A stretch of 64,000 nucleotides of DNA from the human T2T-CHM13v2.0 reference genome, Homo sapiens: assembly GCF_009914755.1 (NCBI RefSeq), contig NC_060928.1; one strand, written 5' to 3'. Both the position numbers and the translations under genes were made by a program. Shown piece after piece: positions 53,408 to 64,000 of this stretch. Under the pieces are notes generated by a model, which was not told where the DNA came from, did not search any database, and saw only the letters and a program-made list of their open reading frames with translations. Positions within the stretch are counted from its first letter, which is position 1, and every line of letters starts with the position of its first letter.

Positions 53408-56400
53408 CTGAAACATACAAGAAGTAATAAAAATATAATTTTTACTCTGTATGTTCTCACAAAAACAATAATCTTTACTCGATATACACTGGCATACAAA
53501 GGTAAAAATAAGAATTATGTTGATCTTTTAAAAACTTCAAACAAGGGAGGTTAAACTAAATGACTACTCGACAGTGTAAAATTTTCTGTCCAAGTATAGA
53601 ATATAAAGATTTTAAGTAAGAATTACTATTAGATGTTGGCAATCTTAACAAATGAACACAGAGGGCAGGTATCTACTGATAGGGTGCTTTCCAGCAACAG
53701 ATTTCCACCATTATGGCATAAGCTTTTAACCTAATCATGAATCCCTGCACATAGCCTGCTGGATCAGCCCTTTTCACACAATGCTACATTCTATGCATAC
53801 TGCTCTGCATTTTGTACTTTATTTAACGGCATGATATTCCATATAAGTTCATCAGGAGTTCATACTTTTTTGGCAGCATAGTGTTCCACTATGTGGATGA
53901 ACCATAATTTATTTAACGTATAACTGACAGATTTCTAGTCTTTTGCAATTATGAGCCATGATGCAATCTACATGCCATGTCACATATATGAAAGTGTATC
54001 TGTAGGATAAATTCCTGAAATTGGAATTCCAAGGTTATATTCACTTGAAATTTTGATAGAAACAGCTGAACTGCCCACTGTACTGGGTACAGTTTATACC
54101 TCAACTAGCAATGTCATGAGAAAGCCTGTAGCCCAGGGCACTGATACAATGTTTGATCAACTTTTGGATCTTTGCCAGTCTCACTGATGGAAAATCGTAC
54201 ACAGTGTAGTTTCACCGTTAATTTCTATCATTAGGAAACTAAACATCTTTCCACATATTTAACAGTTATTTATATTTCATATGAACACTCCCTATCTTTC
54301 TTGTACTGGTTTATAGGACAGCTTTTGTATTACAAATGTTAGACCTCTGTGACTTCAGTTGAAATATTTTTTTCATAATTAATATGAGCAGAAGAATCAC
54401 TCCTTACTTCTGAGGTTAGAGTAAAAGGAGCTAAACCTAAATTGTGAAAGGAACCATCTTAACAAGACAGAGCAAAAAATACATTAGAAAAGAAGAAATT
54501 TAAGATTTCTTCCACTGGATTTAAAATTCTTGTGACAAGAATGGGAAAGATACGTTCTCTTTGCCTGTTGCAGGCTGATTCCTCAGGACAGAAAATGCTG
54601 TCTCTTGTTTTGTCAGCTTTTATGCATAGTGCAATCAATAAAACGGCCCGAGTACTTTTTTTTAGGAGCTGCAGAATCTCTTCATTTCCACCAATTGTGA
54701 CAATGTTCTAAGCAACAATACAGGGGTGGGCTCATTTTCTAAATGGCCATTGGCCATCTGAGTCACCTATGTATTTGATATTCCTTGGCTACATATTCTC
54801 CAGAGCTCTTTCCTAATGCTTTTCCTCCAAAGATCTTTGTGGAGTTTAAGAAGGAATTTGTAAATCTTCCAAACTGTTACTTGAAACATTGCTTTATAAG
54901 GTCACAATGATGCTCTACCAATTCTGTGAGCAGTTGTTACAGAAACTCATTCTTGTTTTCTACAATGTGCACTGTATGATGTTTTCAGTTAGATATTAAT
55001 TTGGCTGATCTATTTACAGACAGAATCTAAGATATTGCAGAAATTCTGAAAGCAGACAAATTCTGTGAAGACTGTTCACGAAGGGCTAAAGGTGGCTGGA
55101 AATACACTGGGCTGGACCAATGAGCCTAAATAAGAGAGAGGTCAGAATGTGTCTAAGTCAGATCACATGACTTAAGATGGGTATGAAAAGCCAAGTAAAA
55201 CTACTCTTAGCAGTTGAAGTTAAGGCTTCAGGAAAGATTGCATCACGGCCAAAGTTGATCAATCTCTGTCATTATTTCTTTTTCACCATGACTTTCTTTT
55301 ATCCAATGATGTTCCTCTTTCTCCCACAGAGAGAAAGAGAGACCTTTTTCTCCTCAGGGAACAAAGAATGTCCTTCATCTCCTGACTCCCAACCAACCAG
55401 CCCAGAGCACAGATCTCTGCCAAGGGCTACCTGAATATCAAGATAATTTCCTGCCCTTATCCCTACAAGACTGAAAATGGAAGACCTATTATATCTGCCA
55501 AGAATTGGATCTTGATCACTTAAACATATTTCTCATTCAAACACTGAGAAGAGGAGACGTTTTGAACACTTGTGAGCTCCTGGCCTTGGTGTGACTGTCT
55601 CCACTTGGGCAGCAGGGAACAAACGTGAGCCACCAGCCCCCACTCAGAAGAGTAGCACAGCTCAGCATATACTGAAAGTCACACATCATCAACAGTCATG
55701 GGCTTTTGTGTTTAAAGACTGTAAGTCATGTTTATAAATTAAAGAAAATGATACGAGCTAAAAGTAGGGTAGTATTAATTTGTGTTAATTATGAAAATAA
55801 TTTTGATAACTAATTAAAGTAGAAAACTATACTTAGAGCTTTTCGTATTAGATGGCATCTACTTAGTTGAGTGATCTCAGTCAGAGCAATTTTATTTGAG
55901 ACAAAGGGCTTTTAAGTATATATCCAATTGTGTTTCTTTATATACATATTTTGAATCAAAGAACAACGTGTTAGTATATCAATGAAGGAATAGTATATTT
56001 AACACAAGCCATAGTTAGAAATTAGATCTACCAAACATTGGAAACACATATCCCAAAATGATATAATACCACACTTTTTGAACCAAGCTGATAAATTAAC
56101 AAAGAAAAGTTGTAGAAACACCTAATGCTACAATTCAGTTACTACGTGGCAAGCACTGTTCTAGACACTCCACATATATTCCTTTCAGTGTTCACAATAA
56201 TCCTATTTATTTAATCATCTTGGTTTTACAAATGAGCCAAGGGACAGTCAGGAACATGCCTGTGGTTGTACAGTGATTAAGTTCCCACACGGTGCAGCAG
56301 GGATGGAAACTTGGCAACCTGGCTCCAGAAGGCATGCTCTTCAGAAACATCTGCACTCTAGACTTTTTAAAACAGAATTTCTAAACTTGCAGGAATCAAC

Positions 56401-56741
56401 AACTCAGAACCTACTATCTTTCTGTAAAATTTTACACTGGATACTTTATCACTGTACCGCAATCTCATCTCAATAAATTGCTGTACAAAAAAACAAACCT
56501 ATCTATCATTTGGTATTTCTAAAAATGAACGCAAAAAAAAACTGGACTATTATGATATATATACGATATACACATATTGAATTCACTGCTTTCTGTGCAC
56601 CCCCTGCTCTGGTGGAAGCGTTCCATCCATTGCTAACATCATAATTGGTTGCTGCAGGAATGACTGTGATTTTCAGGAGGAATATTATTCATATAAAGAA
56701 TACAAGAAGCAGAACCTTTAAAAAACAAGGGTCTTGATTTC

Positions 56742-56899
56742 TGTCTTCTTCTTCTTCTTCTTCTTATTTTTTGTATTTTTAGTACAGACAGGGTTTCACC
56801 ATGTTGGCCAGGATGGTCTTGAACTCCTGACCTCAGGTGATCCACCAGCCTCGGCCTCCCAAAGGGCTGGGATTACAGGCTTGAGCCACCGTGCCCGAT
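56742..56899 (-). mobile_element. AluS left monomer only, ending in (AAG)7, with TSD
   Basis: TSD AAGGGTCTTG(A/T)TTTC at 56727-56741 and 56900-56914; (CTT)7 at 56745-56765. Confidence 0.88.
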
Positions 56900-58526
56900 A
56901 AGGGTCTTGTTTTCATATAAATGTCCTTGTTAATAAAAAAGAAAGGCTGCCAAAATAAAAAATTGTTTCTAAGGTGGCATCTTAAAAGACAGCTGTATGT
57001 ACCACAGCCTCTTTCTAAGAAAAGACCTAACCTCACAAATAAGTTTACCTGGTTAAAACAACTTGAACCAATCAGTTTATTTGTTCCTTCTCTGCCAGGA
57101 TATTTTTAGATGACTATCTGATAAGCACTTCAAACTCCCTAAGAAGCTTATCCAAGGCCCTGCCATTCAACCCCGAACTGGCTTTTGAAAAATACTTTCA
57201 TGCTACAGTTCTTATAAATGGCTAAGTGGTGGTTACTGGCAATTCACCTTGCAAATGATGAAAACCCCATATGAAAGCATAAACAAGTGAAACATACTGT
57301 TGGGCAAAGTGAAAAACCCACTAATCTAATTTGCAGGTTTGGGTGTATGTCATCACACAAGTAATATTACATCAGGTATTTAACAAAACTTAAACATTTT
57401 TCAACATAAGACATTTAAACAGAATTCTTTTAAAAATTTCTAGTAAAACCACCCTTACAGAAACCAAATTAGCTAAATTTCCAAAATTTTACTTTTTATT
57501 CTTACAAACATTTCCATTTCCATTGTATTTCTGGTAACTGTACAATTTTACATTGTACAATTTACCAGTTAGAGCATCTCTAGTTGTTTCAAAGGGCTCA
57601 TAGACTTACAGAAACTGAATTATACAGTAGAGAAAGACGATCAAGGGTAAGCTGTTTCCTTTTCCTCTTTAGGGGAAGATAATATGCTAACTATGATTAA
57701 AGTAACATCTAGTAGTGGACAGAAAGATCAAGAAGGAAGATGTGGCACCAAAAATGAGCGAGAAAAATGGGAGAATCCCTGCATAGTTATTTCAAATCAG
57801 TGTTGAAACATGCCAGAGTATTAGCATGAGTTATTTCATTACAAAATACATAGACTAGATCTCTCGCTCTCTCTCAATATTTTCAGCCATTTGTGGTATA
57901 ATTGGAAGAGTGAAGAAACACAAGCACTACTGAAATAAAAATGCAAAATAATATGTTTTTATTTTTGAAAGTGAAATCCTTTTATAATTTAAGTAAACTG
58001 GAATAAAGTAGTGAAATCAAGATGTTTTCCTGAATTAGAAAATTAAGTATCTTAAATCTTCAGTTTGACTCATATGTAACAGAAAAATAAATACTTAAAC
58101 GGAATGATTCAAACCATTTCTTAAACTTTAATTTCAAACTATACTGAAAAAAATAACTTATTTATAAAGCTATGTTCACAATTTTAGTAATGCAAAATAA
58201 AAACTGCTTATATGGAAGGAATTAAGCTCAGCCAATTTCTGTGGCTTTGGGGATGAAGTATTTGCTAAGTCTAAGCTAACATGTGTAAAGATGACTTTTG
58301 AGCGGATTTTCATGTTAGGTGAAATCACAGTCAAATCCTTCACAAAGAAATGTGGACAAAGCTTTAAGACCAAGTAAAGATGCTATTTTAAAAAGGACAG
58401 GGATCCACATTTTCTTCAGTATGTTTCTACCCCCTAATGGCTATGTCTGCCTATCCTGTTTACTTTTGCATTTAATGAATGTCAATTTGGCCAAGAGTAT
58501 AGAAGGAAAAATCAGGGTTTACTCAC

Positions 58527-58592
58527 CACAAGGAGTCCCTGTGCCACCACATTCCATTCTATAAAGGAAGTGAAAGTGCTCCTCCCTTCGGT
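58527..58592 (-). other. Candidate alternative (poison) cassette exon in TAPT1 intron 3
   Basis: 23-nt pure pyrimidine tract, then gtaaatcag| acceptor; donor GTG|gtgagt; in-frame TAG. Confidence 0.55.
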
Positions 58593-61200
58593 CTGATTTA
58601 CGAGAGAGAAAGAAAGAGAGAAGGTTGTAATGTTGCTACGCTACTTAGAGCTCCATGGTGAGGAAACGGGACAATAAAACCTGGCGTTACGAAGACTTTC
58701 TAATAACAAATATATTGCTCTCAACAAATAAGCCACATAGATCAGCCCTGGTAAAAGGAAGTAAAAGGCATATTTGTTTCCCCAGAGAAAGTTACCAAGA
58801 GCTCTCCCTACTTGTGCTACAGTGGTGGCATCAATCACTTAGGCCAAAATCAAGGCTTAATTTTGTCTAAAAAGAGAAAAATCTATTATAACATATAGGT
58901 GAGGTTAATCTTGGGCAGAACTATTTCGAAAGAGGTAAGGCATACGAAGGAAACTCAAAAGGTTAGGAAACTCTCAAGCATCTGAAATTCATAATTCTGG
59001 GAGACAAGAGCTCTCCCATGGGATAAACTCTCAAAAGAAAATGATACTATTGCCTCTTCAACCAAGAAAAATAAAAGCCTGTGAAGCCTCATGTGAGAGT
59101 TATGCCTAAAGCCGGGCCAGGGGACAGAACATTTGCTCACACATATTTTAGTTGCTCTAATAGTAAAAAACAAAAACCAAAAAACACTCCGGCATTTATT
59201 ACTTAAGCCTGTTCAACTCATGTATCACTTTCTAAAATGTTTCAGTAAAGTTTTTTCAACAATAACTCAATTCTTGGTACCAGGCTATATCATTTTTCTC
59301 TACAATCTTCTTTAACTTTTAACTTACGTGACTGAGAATTCTAAAGCACAAAACGAAGTCACAAATTTCAGGAGAATAGAGGGCTGACAAAAATGCCAGG
59401 TAAATCAAATGTACATAATTAGCTATTTTTCATTCAATTCTACAAGCAAATTTGGAAAAAGGATGTTTCGTACCTCTAACATAATATAGAGCAGTCTGCT
59501 TTTCTGAAAAACAAAAAATTCTATCATTCTTCCAAGGAATAGACACTTCATATAATAAATCAAAACTTAGTTCTGTTTTATATGTCATGAATCATTAAAA
59601 AGATTATCCTCGTTCAAGAAGTTTCTCAAATGATTTCTAAAATGACACTACTCTTATCTGGGAAAGAGGGAAGATATACATAAGTGAATCTGCTTTTAAA
59701 GAATTTAGATGCATTTTCTAATTTTTTTTTTAAGTCTACAACAAAATATTTGTGGGCAAAGATTTTTCAAGGTTGTTAATTCATCAGAAACTATTTCAGT
59801 GAAGTATTCTTGAGATCACTGAGGACAGACATTAACTTTTAGGGAGGGAGTGCATCCTTGGCAAACACCACACACAAATATGACTGCAGATAATTACCCT
59901 GCCAACATCTCATAATGAACAGTACTTAAACAACAGGGTCAAAGCCAGCAAAACACCCTGCTGGATGAGCCATCATGATGAAGGCTGGGTTTACTTAAGG
60001 CACTGTAGAACCACCCTTGTCCTCAGCCTTAGTGAAGGGACAGGGTCTTTATTTTACTTAAGTCAAAAACCATGGCAAGTTTGCAGAAGAACTAGAAATA
60101 GGTTCAAATATTAAGTTATGAAGCAGAGAACACGGGGGTCTATGTGCTTTAAAAAGCTTCTCACAAATGCTGTACAAGATGTAAATCTGCAAACAGATGA
60201 GGTGAGAACACTGATCTCAAATATAAAAAGAAGGCAATAATTTACATTATTGATGTGATACTGAACCAAACAGTTCTAGAGTCTGCAAAGAGTTACTGTT
60301 TTCACGTCAGCATTGTGATTAATTTGACAAATGGACTGTTTCCTCCCTTTTGTGAAAACAATTTCAAAGAACAAAGAGACTAGGAAGACAGTAAGTTTTT
60401 ACAGAAAGAAGATTGAAATACAGGAGAGTGAAAAAAAAAAACATTACTTAAAAAATTGCAATCAACTTCTTTGCCAGTCTATTTCACTTCTTCTTATTTC
60501 TTTGAAAAAAATAAAGTCAGACTGAAGGAAAGAGCACTTTTTGCTTGCTGAAAAGGATGGAACATGACATCACTACAGGCAAGACAAATCGAATAATCTT
60601 TAATGGAAGTAGAAAACACAGGAATAAAAGCTATCAGAAGGCAAAATCTGGCTATTTCTAAATAATCATTTGGTAAACCTAAAAAGTATTTTTATATTCC
60701 AAAATATTTGAAAGGTCTTAGACTTAATATTAACAATAGCTTTGTTTATGTAACTTTTACCTTATCAAATATTTCAAGTTTCGTGACTTTAAAAATAATG
60801 CTCAAAGAGATATTTTCTAAATTGCTCAAAGAAACAAAAATTGCAGCCTATATTACTGTAAGCACAAATTACTCAATTTTGATAAACCATACTTAAGGCA
60901 CTAAGACATTAGGCAGGATTTTCATATTCTGTGTAACCTGGCCTATCCTCAAAGCATTTATAATTGCCTGAACTCCGTTTCATTTAAAATTTAAATGAAA
61001 ATTTAAGTTTCATTTAAACTCCTATCATTTAAAATTGCTGAAACAGTTATATAATTTTAACTGCATTTCATGTTTTTATACATATAAGTATTTATTAGTG
61101 ATAGCATGAAATTAATTTTTCAGTTAATCCAAAGCAGAAATAGTAAGAAGTGTTTGCAGGGGAAATCCTCAATGGAGTCTTAAATGTCATGTGTAACAGG

Positions 61201-61214
61201 CTGCCCTCTAGTGT
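61201..61214 (-). promoter_or_regulatory. Candidate CTCF motif
   Basis: ACACTAGAGGGCAG versus core consensus CCACYAGRKGGCAG (one mismatch). Confidence 0.45.
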
Positions 61215-61467
61215 CATTTTAGCTATAAAACTTTGAAAATAGAAAACATCTTATTTTCAAATGATACTCAAATTAATTTAGATTCAAAGTATTTCAAACT
61301 AATGTAAGAAAGCAATCATCTTATGCACTACAAAAAATCTTAAAATATCTAAAAAAGGTTAGAGGTAGGGATCATTAACCACTAGTAAAAGTAAATACTG
61401 GCAGAGGATTTAAGATTTCCCAGTTCCCTGTAACATCTTTTAGTTTTTAGAACAAACACTTTAAGAA

Positions 61468-61760
<293 letters not shown>

Positions 61761-62195
61761 AGAAAAGACTCTTCTAATGCTATTTTATGTGCCCTGTACC
61801 CCCACGTAACAGGGGCTACACAGAAATGAACTTGAGTGCAACACAGTTTTAGATGCCTGTACAATATAACAAGGTGGAACTTCAAACAACTGTCCCCGAA
61901 GAGAGACCCTTGGGATCACTGGCAAATCACCACTGTTACTTAGTATACCTCATACGTGTGCTAACCAATGCCCAAGGAAGGGACCACTCCAGAAGGAATA
62001 CAGTCATTAGCTTATCTATCATTTTAATGTTTTACCACATTGTGCCAACAGCCACTAAGAACATGACATGTCTTTAAAAGCCGTCCACATAAAGATGGCT
62101 AGAACATGAACTTGACGCACACTGTTGATCAAAGAATAACTAAAAAGTAATGTAGCTCATAATGTAGATGTGAAAAGCCCTATATAGTATTAGTT

Positions 62196-62500
<305 letters not shown>

Positions 62501-64000
62501 TAGTAATTTTATGTCATGTGTTTCACCTGACTTTATCTAAATTTCCATGTTTCTATTCGCTTTATCCCGTTCCAAATAAAGATGTATATTTGGTAATGTT
62601 CTATTAGATTGTATTTGGGTCTTCTGAAAATGAACTAAAATGCCATGATATCATGAAGCTCCCAGTAGTGATAAAAGAAAATAGTTTATTGTGGTTAGGT
62701 TTTGTTAGTATTAATGCACCACGCTACAAATGCCTTTAAAAAGGCTTGTTAATAATAAGGCCTTCTTAAAACTTCTCCCAAAAGAAAAAAGGATGTACTA
62801 GAAATGCCTTAAAGCAAATAACTAAATTTCTAAAACTACCTTCCCATTTGATTAACTTGTGATTAATAAAATATGTAACACTAATTCACTGTTATCCTGG
62901 AAGGCAAGTAAGTTACAGAATATAGCATATAACAATGACAGGAGCTGAATTTTTATAATTGTTTTACTCCATGTAATCTTGCAAAACAAGCATTTTAAAT
63001 CCTTTTATAATGTGATCATCATAATAATTATTCCAATTTATACTGGGAGGAATTTCTATCAAAACTGATTGTCTTATTTTTAAAAAGACTGTATGTGTTA
63101 CTAAATATCAAGTATACGCTCATTTACTACTTTAAAAAAGAACCTTTCATGGCTTCAGTCTTTTAAAAAAACAAACCATATAAATGTGTATATCGACCAC
63201 TAATTTTTAACTCAACTGCTATGGTTAAATTATTTTATTAATTATATATTTTATACACCACGGAACAGTCACCATAGTTCAATGATGTCTCACAAATTAT
63301 TGTCCATTTTAGCATTTTAGAACTTTTCCAGCATGAAATGTATGTAGAAAAGTGATGCATGTCAGAAATGTAACCTCGACATCTATGCTAAGAACTCAAT
63401 AAAAATGCTGTGAAGAGTGACTATATACAGAGTGGAGACACACCGGCATAATTGTACAAAGAAAGAAAACCGTAAAAGCCAAACTTGCTTTTAACCTCAA
63501 GACCAATAAAGCATTAAGCTTCATGTAAGCTTAACATCTTCACCTTACTATTCTGAGTTTTGGTAGAGAAGAAAAAGAAGAAAACAGATTATCTGTTCTG
63601 GTCTACTATGAGCCAGGTACTATGCTGGGTATTTTTTTTACATCTTCCAATCTTTGTGGTAAAAGATGCTGAGCTCTCAATACCCCCTTTTTGCTGATGG
63701 GGAAGCACACTTAGAGAAGTCAGGCTGTTGTGCACAGCTCACAAGCTAATCAATGTCGGGTCGGGCTCTCTGATCTTCCCCGTGGGGACAATGGTCTTCC
63801 AGAGTTTTTCCACTCTCACAAATCAGTCTCGTCCATAACCAGTAACTAAGGCTCCACAGATCATTACAATGATTCTCAAATGAAATGGAGGAGGAACACT
63901 TGCAGTAAGAGCTCCTGAGGAGATTCCTTTTCCACTCCAGCCTAGAACCCTGTCCTTTCCACAGATGATGCCTACGAGGCCCAAGGACTTTGGGGAAATA

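Overview
Primate (almost certainly human) genomic DNA. Bases ~1-22300 are repeat-rich intergenic sequence: L1, L2, MIR, Alu, DNA transposons, and solo LTRs of the MER11, MER4 and MLT1 types. From ~22400 to the end lies the 3' part of TAPT1 on the minus strand. Eleven coding exons (exons 4-14, numbering recalled from the reference mRNA) were mapped base by base with GT-AG boundaries. They total 1255 nt in one continuous frame ending at TGA 25192-25194, followed by a multi-kb 3'UTR; exons 1-3 lie beyond the right edge. I found no new gene or novel autonomous system. The most interesting signals are post-transcriptional: a textbook U12-type minor intron (48763-50103), a candidate poison cassette exon in intron 3 (58527-58592), an atypical UG-rich exon 12 acceptor with a distant branch point, inverted Alu pairs bracketing exons, alternative poly(A) signals, and a G-quadruplex-prone island in the 3'UTR. 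There is also a TSD-flanked Alu left monomer ending in (GAA)7. Repeat subfamily names come from remembered consensus sequences and repeat boundaries are approximate.
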